Shown piece after piece: positions 24,031-32,000 of a stretch of DNA of 32,000 nt. The position numbers were made by a program, and so were the translations under genes. Below the pieces are notes generated by a model, which saw nothing but the letters and a program-made list of their open reading frames with translations, was not told the origin of the DNA and did not search any database. The stretch covers positions 300,001 to 332,000 of the forward strand of contig JBAZYG010000001.1 of assembly GCA_041659445.1 (NCBI GenBank). Reading direction: 5' to 3'. This stretch comes from Candidatus Saccharimonadota bacterium. Lineage in GTDB: Archaea > Nanobdellota > Nanobdellia > Pacearchaeales > GW2011-AR1. The stretch's first letter is position 1, and every line of letters begins with the position of its first letter.

Positions 24031-25806
24031 ATGACAGACCAAGATTCTGAAAATATTCCTGGAATGGAAATTGATAATAAATATAAAAAACCAGAAATTG
24101 ACAATAACGCTGAACAAGCAAAAAAACAATTTGAAAAAACCAAAAAAGAACTAGATAAAATAAAAAATTTCATTATTAAAAAATATAAATTTGTTCAATC
24201 TATAAGTATTTTACCTCCTCAATCAATTAAATTCTTTATCGAAGAAGAAGAAGCTCCAAAAGAATCTGAAAAATATGTTCATATTAATATAATCATTCCT
24301 GATGAAAAGGAAAAAGAAGCCCAAAAAATACAAAAAGAAATAGTTAAGGAAATTGAAAAAACAAAAGAAAAAGTTTGGTTGCACATAAGAACTCCGAAGG
24401 AAATCTGGGAAATTTGCATGGACCAAAAATTTGAAATTAGTTCTGCAATTTTTATGTCTTTTCCATTATATGATAAAGGATTTTTAGAAGCAATGAGAGT
24501 TGCAGAAATTCACAAATCACTTGTTTTACAAAAATTTGACAGATATGTTGTTAGTTATGTTTTAGGAGGAAGTTTAGTAAGAGGAGATGCAATGAAAACT
24601 TCTGATTTAGATGTGTTTATTATTATCAATGATACAGATGTTAAAAGAATGTCAAGACTAGAACTTTTGGAAAGATTAAGAGGAATGATTTATAGATATG
24701 TTGCAGAAGCGGGTTCATTGGCTGGCTCAAAAACAAAATTAGAACCCCAAATTTATTTATTGACTGATTTTTGGGATGCAGTTAAAGACGCACACCCTGT
24801 TATGTTTACTTTTATTCGTGACGGTGTTCCTATTTATGATAGAGGAACTTTCATGCCTTGGAAAGCTTTGCTGAGAAAAGGAAAATTAAAACCAAGTCCA
24901 GAAGCAATAGATATGTTTATGTCGATGGGTGACGAAGTAATTCCTAGAAGCAAAAGAGTTATGTTATCAGAAGTTTTCACAAATATTTTTTGGGGAGTAA
25001 CGACACCTGCTCAAGCAGTAGTGATGCTTAACGGATGCCCGCCACCAAATGCAAAGAAAGAACTAGTTCGTGAATTCAAAAAGGAATTTCTTGAAACAAA
25101 AATGATTGAAAAAAAATATGTAGATTTCTTAGAAAAAGTAATTGAAACATGGAGAGATTATGAACATGAAAAAATAAAAGAAATTAAAGGTGAGGAAATT
25201 GACAAGCTTTTGAAAGAGACTGAAGATTTTTTGAAAAGATTAAAAGAATTGAGAATACAAATTGAGAAAAAATTCCAAGAAAAAACAATTGAACAAATTT
25301 ACGCAGATACTTTTGAATTAATCAAAATCATAGTCGGTAAAAAATCACAAGAGCAAACAATTAATGATTTTGAAAAGAACTTTGTCAAGAAAGGAAAATT
25401 TTCTCCTCAGGATTTAAGAATTTTAAGAGAAATTGTTTCAGCTAGAAATGAATTCAAGAAGGGAAAATCAGATAGTCATAAAATTGATAGAGCAAGAAAA
25501 GATGGGGAAATTTTGATTAACAATTTGGTTGAATATTCTCAAAGATGTGATTTAGTTTCTATTGAAAAGGGCAGAATGAAATTAAAATTAAAAGATAAAG
25601 TTATAGAAATTATTAGTTCTGGTGGAAAAACTTTTGTTTTTGATGCTGGAACTGTGAAAAAAATCACAAACAAAATTGAAGAATCATCAATGGAAGAAGT
25701 TGAACAATCTATTAAAGATCAAAAAGAAAAGAAAAACATTGAAATTAACCTTAAAGTTTTTGAAATTCTAAAAAAAGAGTTTGGTGACTTTGAAATTCTG
25801 ATTTAA
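24031..25806 (+). CDS. Large nucleotidyltransferase (Pol-beta/MNT superfamily) protein with helical HEPN-like C-terminal modules
   Basis: NTase motif LGGSLVRGDAMKTSDLDVFII, matching hG[GS]-x10-DxD. Paralogous over about 250 aa to 30721-31626. Extra N-terminal (~170 aa) and C-terminal (~170 aa) extensions. TTTATAAA at 24002 is 29 nt upstream. Confidence 0.8.
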   Translation: MTDQDSENIPGMEIDNKYKKPEIDNNAEQAKKQFEKTKKELDKIKNFIIKKYKFVQSISILPPQSIKFFIEEEEAPKESEKYVHINIIIPDEKEKEAQKIQKEIVKEIEKTKEKVWLHIRTPKEIWEICMDQKFEISSAIFMSFPLYDKGFLEAMRVAEIHKSLVLQKFDRYVVSYVLGGSLVRGDAMKTSDLDVFIIINDTDVKRMSRLELLERLRGMIYRYVAEAGSLAGSKTKLEPQIYLLTDFWDAVKDAHPVMFTFIRDGVPIYDRGTFMPWKALLRKGKLKPSPEAIDMFMSMGDEVIPRSKRVMLSEVFTNIFWGVTTPAQAVVMLNGCPPPNAKKELVREFKKEFLETKMIEKKYVDFLEKVIETWRDYEHEKIKEIKGEEIDKLLKETEDFLKRLKELRIQIEKKFQEKTIEQIYADTFELIKIIVGKKSQEQTINDFEKNFVKKGKFSPQDLRILREIVSARNEFKKGKSDSHKIDRARKDGEILINNLVEYSQRCDLVSIEKGRMKLKLKDKVIEIISSGGKTFVFDAGTVKKITNKIEESSMEEVEQSIKDQKEKKNIEINLKVFEILKKEFGDFEILI

Positions 25807-25862
25807 TTTATTCATCCTTTTCAATGCAATAATACTTATAAACAATTAATCAAAGTATTTTT

Positions 25863-26291
25863 ATGGTAAAATATCTTTGTGAAGTTTGTGAAACAAGGTA
25901 TCCTACAGAAAAAGAAGCAAAAGATTGCGAAGAGAAACCCTTAATTGGACCAGAAGTCAAATCAGGGTTAGTGCTAGAAATTACAAATCCAAAAAACTAT
26001 TTTTTATTCTTTTCTCAAAAAGGATTCAAAAATCATGAAAGAACTTATGAAACATATTCTTTTGGATTAGAAGAAGGAAAGCTTTGGTATTGTATAGATG
26101 GTATTTCTTCAGGCTCTGAAATAGATGATTGTGTCAAAAAGGGTTTATATAAAAAAGTCTCAGATGAACAACTTAATAAAATTAATGAAATAGTTTTAGA
26201 AAAGTCCAGACTACAAACCACTCCTCTTATAGATTTTTTAGAAAGATTAAAATTAGAAAAGTTCCATAATGAATGTAATTTTCTTGATTAA
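25863..26291 (+). CDS. Hypothetical protein with an N-terminal CxxC...C motif
   Basis: 142-aa ORF with CEVCETRYPTEKEAKDCE at the N-terminus. Promoter CAATAATACTTATAAA. Confidence 0.6.
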   Translation: MVKYLCEVCETRYPTEKEAKDCEEKPLIGPEVKSGLVLEITNPKNYFLFFSQKGFKNHERTYETYSFGLEEGKLWYCIDGISSGSEIDDCVKKGLYKKVSDEQLNKINEIVLEKSRLQTTPLIDFLERLKLEKFHNECNFLD

Positions 26292-26336
26292 ATTTAACAC
26301 AATAATATTTATAAACAAACAAATTCTAAATTTCAA

Positions 26337-26633
26337 ATGATAGAAGATTTAGAAAAAAAGGTGGATAAAAACAGAGAGAATATAAAAATAAATAAACAGA
26401 ATATTGTAAAAAATAAAAAAAGATTAGATAAACATGATGAAAAATTTGACAAATTAACTCAAGATTATCAAAAACTTGTCCAAGAAAATATTAAATTAAG
26501 AGCACAATTAAAAAATTATCCGCAATTAAAAGAGATAGTAACAGGATATGAAAATAAATTTAAAAAATATGATGAAACAATTAAAAAGATACAAGAACAA
26601 ATGAAAGGACGTGATATAGGCGATGCTTGTTAA
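26337..26633 (+). CDS. Small coiled-coil protein
   Basis: 98 aa, Lys/Glu-rich and heptad-like. Promoter CAATAATATTTATAAA, with the TATA 29 nt upstream. Confidence 0.55.
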   Translation: MIEDLEKKVDKNRENIKINKQNIVKNKKRLDKHDEKFDKLTQDYQKLVQENIKLRAQLKNYPQLKEIVTGYENKFKKYDETIKKIQEQMKGRDIGDAC

Positions 26634-26670
26634 TATGAAAGTTTATAAATTAATTTTAATATTCTCTTAA

Positions 26671-27411
26671 ATGAACATACTAATTTTAATAATTGTCTCA
26701 ACAATTATAGTTAGCTTGATTACTTTTGTAGGAATTTTTACATTGATTCTTAAAAAAAAGAATCTGAATAATTTTCTCAAAGTTTTAGTTTCACTTTCTG
26801 CAGGAGCGTTGATTGGAGGAGCATTTTTTCATTTAATTCCTGAAGCTTCGAATGACTTGACTTTAGAAAGAACAATGCTTTTTGTTTTAATTGGATTTGT
26901 TTTATTTTTCTTAATTGAAAAAGTTCTTCATTGGAGACACTGTCACAAAGGAAATTGTGAAGTTCATAGTTTTGCACACATTAGTTTATTTGGAGACGGA
27001 ATTCACAATTTTATCGACGGTTTGCTAATTGCTTCAAGTTTCTTAGTTGATATTCATATTGGTTGGATAACAACTTTAGCAATAATAATTCATGAAGTTC
27101 CACAAGAATTTGGGGATTTTGGAGTTTTAGTTTATGGTGGATTTGAAAAAAGAAAAGCACTATTTTACAATTTTATATCTGGGCTTCTTGCTGTGCTCGG
27201 AGGAATTTTTGGATATTTAATATTTTCAATAACAGAATTTAATTTTGCATTCTTGCTTGCAATTGCAGCAGGAGGATTTTTGTATATTTCATCTTCTGAT
27301 TTAATTCCTGAAATTCGAAAAGAAACATCTTTAAAAAAAGCATTAATTAATTTTTTAATATTCTTAGCAGGATTAGTTTTAATGTATTTTTTGAGGTTTG
27401 TGGGAATTTAA
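26671..27411 (+). CDS. ZIP-family divalent metal (zinc) transporter
   Basis: Signature IIHEVPQEFGDFGVL in a TM helix. Cytoplasmic His/Cys-rich loop HWRHCHKGNCEVHSFAH. About 8 TM helices. Confidence 0.9.
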   Translation: MNILILIIVSTIIVSLITFVGIFTLILKKKNLNNFLKVLVSLSAGALIGGAFFHLIPEASNDLTLERTMLFVLIGFVLFFLIEKVLHWRHCHKGNCEVHSFAHISLFGDGIHNFIDGLLIASSFLVDIHIGWITTLAIIIHEVPQEFGDFGVLVYGGFEKRKALFYNFISGLLAVLGGIFGYLIFSITEFNFAFLLAIAAGGFLYISSSDLIPEIRKETSLKKALINFLIFLAGLVLMYFLRFVGI

Positions 27412-27414
27412 AAA

Positions 27415-27834
27415 TTAATAATCGTCGCCATTTGCAATAATAATGCTTTCTAATCCTGAACTAGGAAAATGTAATTTCCTTATTTTCTCAGCAAGAATAT
27501 AATATAATTTTTCTTTTGCTTTTTCATGATTTTTTTCTCCTAATGCCTTATGTATGTTCTTTAATACGTTTTCATTTGATAATCCTTTTGAACTTAAAAC
27601 ATTACATGAATCGAGCAAATCATCAAAAGTTTCATTCATAAAGTAAGACTCAAGAGACTGGAAATCAAGAGATGCATCTCCCCCAATACTCTCATATAAT
27701 TTATTTGGATTTTTTGTATTTAAAAAAATATACTTAATAGCATTTCTGATTGCACCCTCATTACTCAAATCGCAGTCTATTTTTTTATAAATTGCTGCTA
27801 ATTCATAAACTAAATTGTCTTCTTCATTTTTCAT
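27415..27834 (-). CDS. Hypothetical protein
   Basis: 139-aa ORF. TATTTAAA at 27856-27863 is 29 nt upstream. No recognised motif. Confidence 0.6.
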   Translation of the reverse strand: MKNEEDNLVYELAAIYKKIDCDLSNEGAIRNAIKYIFLNTKNPNKLYESIGGDASLDFQSLESYFMNETFDDLLDSCNVLSSKGLSNENVLKNIHKALGEKNHEKAKEKLYYILAEKIRKLHFPSSGLESIIIANGDDY

Positions 27835-27935
27835 ATTTAATTTTAAAAAGTTATATATTTAAAGATTTATGTTGTGATTTGGAATATAAATTTATTTATT
27901 ATTCTCCTTTTATTTAAATTAATTTAAAGATAACC

Positions 27936-27943
27936 TTTATAAA
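27936..27943 (+). promoter_or_regulatory. TATA box of the L35Ae / Cys-protein / L10e operon
   Basis: TTTATAAA starts 30 nt upstream of ATG 27966. Confidence 0.6.
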
Positions 27944-27965
27944 CTAATTTTATCAATTAACTAAC

Positions 27966-28232
27966 ATGACAACAGGAAAAGTAATTCAATTTCGAAGAGG
28001 AAGACATAATATTCATGAAAGGCATTTTTTAATTGAAATTCCAAGTGTAGATTCTAAAGAAAAAGCACAGAAATTCGTCGGAAAAGAAGTTCATTGGAAA
28101 AGTTCTGGAAAAAATGCTAAAATAATCAAAGGAAAAATCACTTCATCTCACGGAAATAAAGGTGTTGTTCGAGCGATTTTTGAAAAAGGGCTTCCTGGAC
28201 AAGCAATCACAACAGAGGTAGAAATAAAATGA
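27966..28232 (+). CDS. rpl35ae: Ribosomal protein L35Ae (eL33)
   Basis: [12 protein letters not shown]...[26 protein letters not shown] closely parallels archaeal L35Ae (e.g. ...[26 protein letters not shown]). Confidence 0.9.
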   Translation: [88 protein letters not shown]

Positions 28233-28438
28233 GTGAAACAAAATGCATTCTTTATGATATTTGCAATTATGCAATTCCTTTTGAAAAAGGTTTAGAAACT
28301 CCAGACAAAGAAAAACAAAGTTTTTATCTTACAAGATGTTTAAAAAATAAATGGGAAAAAGGTGGATGTCCACAAATGTCAATTAGTGGAGAAAGAACAC
28401 ATTTAACACAATTAAAAAATGAAATAATCAGAGAATAA
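28229..28438 (+). CDS. Small 4-Cys protein of unknown function embedded in the ribosomal-protein operon
   Basis: 69 aa with Cys at positions 6, 12, 37 and 47. ATGA overlap with the L35Ae stop. Its own stop is 1 nt before the L10e ATG. Confidence 0.6.
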   Translation: MSETKCILYDICNYAIPFEKGLETPDKEKQSFYLTRCLKNKWEKGGCPQMSISGERTHLTQLKNEIIRE

Positions 28439-28439
28439 A

Positions 28440-28979
28440 ATGGGATTAAGAAAAGCAGCAGCATATTCAAAGAAAAAAGTTACACCTTATACTAGAAATT
28501 CAAAGAAAAAAAATAAGGCATTCATAAAAGCAGTTCCTGCTCAAAAAATTGTTAAATTTGAAATGGGAAATAGTAATCTTTTTCATTCTGGAAAATTACC
28601 ACATGTTTTGAATGTTTATTCAGCTGAAAAAGTTCAAATAAGACATAATGCTCTTGAAGCATGCAGACAATTCATAAATAAAAAATTGGACAAAGATTTG
28701 GCTGGACAATATTTTTTCAAGGTTGTTACATATCCACATCATGTTCAAAGAGAAAATAAAATGTTGACTGGTGCAGGTGCTGATCGTATGCAAACAGGAA
28801 TGCAATTATCTTTTGGAAAAGCAATTGGAAAAGCAGTTATTGCTCAAAAAGGAACAAAGATTTTTATAATTGCCGTCGGAACAGATAAAGGACTTGCAAT
28901 TGCTAGAAAATCAATCCATCAAATAGACCCTAAACTTCCTGGAAAAATCAAAACAGAATACGAAAGATTTTCTGAATGA
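28440..28979 (+). CDS. rpl10e: Ribosomal protein L10e (uL16)
   Basis: N-terminus ...YTRNSKKKNKAFIKAVPAQKIVKFEMGN and internal ...TGAGADRMQTGMQLSFGK are typical of archaeal L10e. Confidence 0.95.
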   Translation: MGLRKAAAYSKKKVTPYTRNSKKKNKAFIKAVPAQKIVKFEMGNSNLFHSGKLPHVLNVYSAEKVQIRHNALEACRQFINKKLDKDLAGQYFFKVVTYPHHVQRENKMLTGAGADRMQTGMQLSFGKAIGKAVIAQKGTKIFIIAVGTDKGLAIARKSIHQIDPKLPGKIKTEYERFSE

Positions 28980-29060
28980 TTTAATTATGTAAAAGTTGTT
29001 ACTTTTAGTTAATGGTAACAAAACCGAAAGATTTATAAACTTTAATATTATTGATTTTTT

Positions 29061-29285
29061 ATGAAAGAAAAAGACACATACACAGCAAATGAAGTTGAAG
29101 ATATAGTTGTAAATGCTGTTAAATTAAATGATGCTTATACATCCCTTGTTAAATTATATAATGATCAAAATGCTAAAACCTTTAGAGAATATGAGAGGAA
29201 AAATATAAACAAATTAGTAAATCTATGTAATCAAAAACTACCGAAAAGTTTAATAACTAAATTAGGAATAAAAACAATTGAATAA
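29061..29285 (+). CDS. Hypothetical small protein
   Basis: 74-aa ORF. TTTATAAA at 29032-29039 is 29 nt upstream. First gene of a four-gene same-strand cluster. Confidence 0.55.
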   Translation: MKEKDTYTANEVEDIVVNAVKLNDAYTSLVKLYNDQNAKTFREYERKNINKLVNLCNQKLPKSLITKLGIKTIE

Positions 29286-29293
29286 AAAATAAA

Positions 29294-29953
29294 ATGACAG
29301 AAAAAAAACCTGAACCAAAAAAAGAACCATCAATCCTTGAAAAAACTTTATTAAGAGAAGATTTTATGCAAATAGTCGGAGCTAATTTAGTAAAAGCAAA
29401 TCCAAATGAATATGGTTCAAGAGGAGTAAATTACGTAGACCCGGTTTATAGTCAAGTTATGAATAGTGAAGCAGTTAATAATATAAGACTTAACGAATAT
29501 CAAAAATCAAAACAAGAATATGAAGCTAGAGGAGTTTTTGGAGACCCGAGTTATTTATCAAACCCTGAAATTTCAAACCTTGTAATCAGACAAATTGATG
29601 AAGTTATGGAAAAATCTAGTTTAGGTGAACTTTATAGTGTTGTCAAAAAAATTGCACCAGGATTAGATTTTAAATTACCAGATAAATTAAAAGGACTTTC
29701 AAGAGAAGAAGTAATTAATAATGTAATTAAAAAAGGAGCAATAACTAAAGAAGGTGGTTTAGATGCTAAAAAATTAAGTCCAGAAGAACAAGATTACTTC
29801 GGATTTTACCAATTAATTTCAAATGCATACAAAGAAATTAGTGCTCTTAGTTTAATGAATTCAGGATTTTACTCAAGTATTAATGCAATGGGTAATCAAC
29901 TTGGTGAAAAATATTTCCCAAAACCTAAAGAAAAAGAAAAGAAAAAAGAATAA
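29294..29953 (+). CDS. Hypothetical protein with Lys/Glu/Pro-rich termini
   Basis: 219-aa ORF, 8 nt after the upstream stop. No recognised motif. Confidence 0.6.
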   Translation: MTEKKPEPKKEPSILEKTLLREDFMQIVGANLVKANPNEYGSRGVNYVDPVYSQVMNSEAVNNIRLNEYQKSKQEYEARGVFGDPSYLSNPEISNLVIRQIDEVMEKSSLGELYSVVKKIAPGLDFKLPDKLKGLSREEVINNVIKKGAITKEGGLDAKKLSPEEQDYFGFYQLISNAYKEISALSLMNSGFYSSINAMGNQLGEKYFPKPKEKEKKKE

Positions 29954-29954
29954 A

Positions 29955-30401
29955 ATGAAAAAAACAGAATATCAAATTATACCATCAGAAAATTCTATTG
30001 AATGTAAAATAGGAATTCCTTCTAGAAACATCGAAAGAATAATAAAAGGAATAATGGAACAAGAAAGATTTTGTGAACTTACTATACCCTCAGAAGATAC
30101 TAGATATTTTTATGACCAAGTAAACGGCACAATGATAATAATTCCTAAACAAAATAAAGAAAGAATATTCATTGCAGGTCCAGAAAAAGAAAGAGCAGTT
30201 TCAAGATTGAATTCAATTCTTGAAAACCCAAATCCAAAATTAATTGATGCACCAAGACTTGTTAGAGTTGTGAAAAAAGAAGATGACTACAAAATTTATA
30301 ATATTGAAAAAATTATAAAAGGAACATATAATCCTTTTTTTCATTGCATAGAAAAAGGAACATATAATAAAATTGAAAAAGAAAATAAAAAATTAAAATG
30401 A
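29955..30401 (+). CDS. Hypothetical protein (148 aa, trimmed)
   Basis: The ORF-track start at 29883 overlaps the upstream gene by 71 nt. The internal ATG at 29955 (MKKTEYQ...) begins 2 nt after the upstream stop. Confidence 0.55.
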   Translation: MKKTEYQIIPSENSIECKIGIPSRNIERIIKGIMEQERFCELTIPSEDTRYFYDQVNGTMIIIPKQNKERIFIAGPEKERAVSRLNSILENPNPKLIDAPRLVRVVKKEDDYKIYNIEKIIKGTYNPFFHCIEKGTYNKIEKENKKLK

Positions 30402-30718
30402 AAAAATTATTAAATCTTTTAACAATACCTATATTTACTTTTGGTTTATTTGGATGTAGAGATTCAAGTCAAGATTTTGAAAATGTAAAAGAGTATGATA
30501 ATTACAAAGCAATTGCGAGTTTTGGTCCAGAAGGAAAAAAAATGTTTATATCAAATGGAAAAGATGACATATTTGCAGAAGGAGATTCAATGCACAAAAC
30601 ATTTTATTTACTTAGAATATATTTAAGTCCTGAAAGTGAATTAACAAAATATGCAAATGTAGATTCATTAAACAAAATTTATAACGAAGTTAAAGAAACT
30701 GGTGAAAAACATAATTAA
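30398..30718 (+). CDS. Putative lipoprotein
   Basis: Signal peptide with a lipobox-like LFGC (MKKLLNLLTIPIFTFGLFGCRDSS). ATGA overlap with the upstream gene. Confidence 0.6.
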   Translation: MKKLLNLLTIPIFTFGLFGCRDSSQDFENVKEYDNYKAIASFGPEGKKMFISNGKDDIFAEGDSMHKTFYLLRIYLSPESELTKYANVDSLNKIYNEVKETGEKHN

Positions 30719-30720
30719 AA

Positions 30721-31626
30721 TTAAATATTTTCTTTAACAATCTTAACCATTTCTTCTAAGAATTCTTGTGCACGTTGTTGCCAAACATCAATTTCTGCAC
30801 CTTTAACATCTTTCATTTCTCCATGTTCAATTTGTTTATGAAGAAACAATAAATCCCTATACCAAATAATGTATTTTGCTTTTAATCTTCCTGGATCAAC
30901 AAAAGTTTCTTTTAAATTTCTTGCAATGTGCTCTGGGGAAGGTGGAATTACTCTTGCTGAAATTAATGCAGCGTGAGCAGAATCAACCATTGACCAATAA
31001 ATTCCCTCGATTGCTCCTAATTCTGCACCCCTACTTCTTGCAAGATGAATTGGTGCTCTTTGTAAACAACTATAAATTGCTTCAGGTGTAGGTTTAATTT
31101 TACCCTCGATTAAAAGGTATTTTAATGGATTAAAAAAACCAGCTACATCAATCATTGCTTCGCCATATCTTAAAATATTTAAAACAATTGGATCACCTCT
31201 TAACAAATCTTCCCACCATGTTGAAAGTTTTACTGTGTTAATATGTAAATCTGCTGAATAAGGATTTGTTCTCAAAATTTTATCTAATTCTTCTCTATAC
31301 CATGCAATTAATTCTTGGTCCCATTTTACAGAAGCATCGTCGAGGATTAGTATAATATCAATATCAGAACCAACATCAATTTTTTTCTTTGCAACAGAAC
31401 CAAAAAGAACTATTGATTTTATTATTTTATCGAATGTTTTATATGCTTTAACAGCAAAATCCATTGCAATATCTTTTTCTGTTTTTAATTGCAGTGTGGG
31501 ATATTTTTTTGCACCTTGTTTTCTTTTTTGCTCAACTTCTTGTTTATAATTTTCTTTAAGTTCTTCTGATTTTTTAGAAATTTCTGACTTAACAGAACTT
31601 TTTTTAGAAACTTTTTTTATTTTCAT
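30721..31626 (-). CDS. Nucleotidyltransferase (Pol-beta/MNT superfamily) fused to a helical HEPN-like domain; paralog of 24031-25806
   Basis: NTase motif LFGSVAKKKIDVGSDIDIILI. Shared downstream blocks include EGKIKPTPEAI vs KGKLKPSPEAI and VKGAEIDVW vs IKGEEIDKL. Confidence 0.8.
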   Translation of the reverse strand: MKIKKVSKKSSVKSEISKKSEELKENYKQEVEQKRKQGAKKYPTLQLKTEKDIAMDFAVKAYKTFDKIIKSIVLFGSVAKKKIDVGSDIDIILILDDASVKWDQELIAWYREELDKILRTNPYSADLHINTVKLSTWWEDLLRGDPIVLNILRYGEAMIDVAGFFNPLKYLLIEGKIKPTPEAIYSCLQRAPIHLARSRGAELGAIEGIYWSMVDSAHAALISARVIPPSPEHIARNLKETFVDPGRLKAKYIIWYRDLLFLHKQIEHGEMKDVKGAEIDVWQQRAQEFLEEMVKIVKENI

Positions 31627-31676
31627 TCTACCTCTCTTTATATTATATATTTAATTGGCTTTTTAAATATTCTTGA

Positions 31677-31994
31677 TTATTCTCTTCCGCCACCCATTCG
31701 TCCGCCAGTTCCGCCTCCGACAACTCCGCCAAATTCTGTAGGTAATCTTGAAAAAGTTGTTCCAAATGTTTCGTAATTTGTTTGAGGCAACCAGTTTCCG
31801 ACTAAACCTTCTGAATATCCTTGATATAATCCAAGTGACTGATTCCATTGAGGTCCTGCTCCTGAAGTGTAAAAAGAAGAACCAAATGCCTCGAAAGTTT
31901 CTTTTATTGGAGGAGTTTGCATGTGTTGCCACCAATCTCCTGCTTCAATAATTTTTTTTGCTTCAAAACCTTTTTCACCAAGTTTACCCATCAT
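31677..31994 (-). CDS. Hypothetical protein with a Gly-rich C-terminus (N-terminus may lie beyond the window)
   Basis: ORF ending ...FGGVVGGGTGGRMGGGRE. The frame stays open to the window edge upstream of the Met at 31994. Confidence 0.5.
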   Translation of the reverse strand: MMGKLGEKGFEAKKIIEAGDWWQHMQTPPIKETFEAFGSSFYTSGAGPQWNQSLGLYQGYSEGLVGNWLPQTNYETFGTTFSRLPTEFGGVVGGGTGGRMGGGRE

Positions 31995-32000
31995 TTCTTT

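Noticed and set aside
24223-24426. 67-aa minus-strand ORF inside the large NTase gene
   Set aside because: It is antisense to Lys/Glu-rich coding sequence and is a poly-Phe artefact.
29883-29954. Upstream extension of the 29955 gene overlapping the preceding CDS by 71 nt
   Set aside because: The extension is a Lys-rich out-of-frame reading of the previous gene's KEKEKKKE tail. The internal ATG directly follows the upstream stop.
30876-31091. 71-aa plus-strand ORF inside the 301-aa NTase gene
   Set aside because: It is antisense to a CDS with a clear NTase motif and a paralog in the window.
31663-31951. Alternative-frame ORFs 31663-31935 (minus) and 31748-31951 (plus)
   Set aside because: They overlap the Gly-rich ORF 31677-31994. 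The Arg/Trp-rich minus-frame product looks like an off-frame reading of GGN-rich sequence, so I kept the frame with the more protein-like composition. Confidence is only moderate.
1-32000. Bacterial (for example CPR) rather than archaeal origin, suggested by the sigma-70-like, RRM, MacB/FtsX and TatD genes
   Set aside because: The thermosome, L35Ae, L10e, the C1:G72 tRNA-Tyr with a BHB-type intron and the TATA-box promoters at fixed distance are archaeal hallmarks. The bacterial-looking genes are better explained as shared families or horizontally acquired genes.

Overview
Gene-dense, strongly AT-rich archaeal chromosome segment. Archaeal hallmarks read from the sequence: a group II chaperonin (thermosome), ribosomal proteins L35Ae and L10e, an intron-containing tRNA-Tyr with a C1:G72 pair, and TATA-box promoters. 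The many short orphan proteins, CARDB-like surface proteins and compact intergenic regions suggest a DPANN-type small-genome archaeon; that is inference only. I support about 57 CDS, 3 tRNAs (Tyr-GTA with a 126-nt intron, Gly-GCC, Val-TAC), one 47-bp tandem repeat and several promoter elements. I saw no rRNA, CRISPR array, transposase or integrase. Recognisable products are listed per feature; roughly half of the CDS have no motif I can recognise. Most interesting: (1) the thermosome gene is translationally coupled (TAATG) to the first of two divergent paralogs whose motif pattern resembles the eukaryotic Janus/PHPT1 phosphohistidine phosphatase family, followed by an orphan radical SAM/SPASM maturase; (2) a sigma-70/ECF-like protein and an RRM protein in an archaeal context; (3) a rigid 29-nt TATA-to-ATG spacing implying mostly leaderless mRNAs; (4) a heptamer AAGTCCA placed exactly 5 nt upstream of the TATA box at three promoters of the ABC-transporter locus; (5) a long tRNA-Tyr intron with a tandemly duplicated tRNA promoter; (6) a 4-Cys mini-protein wedged inside the L35Ae-L10e operon. 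All product calls come from motif recognition by eye; no database search was possible.
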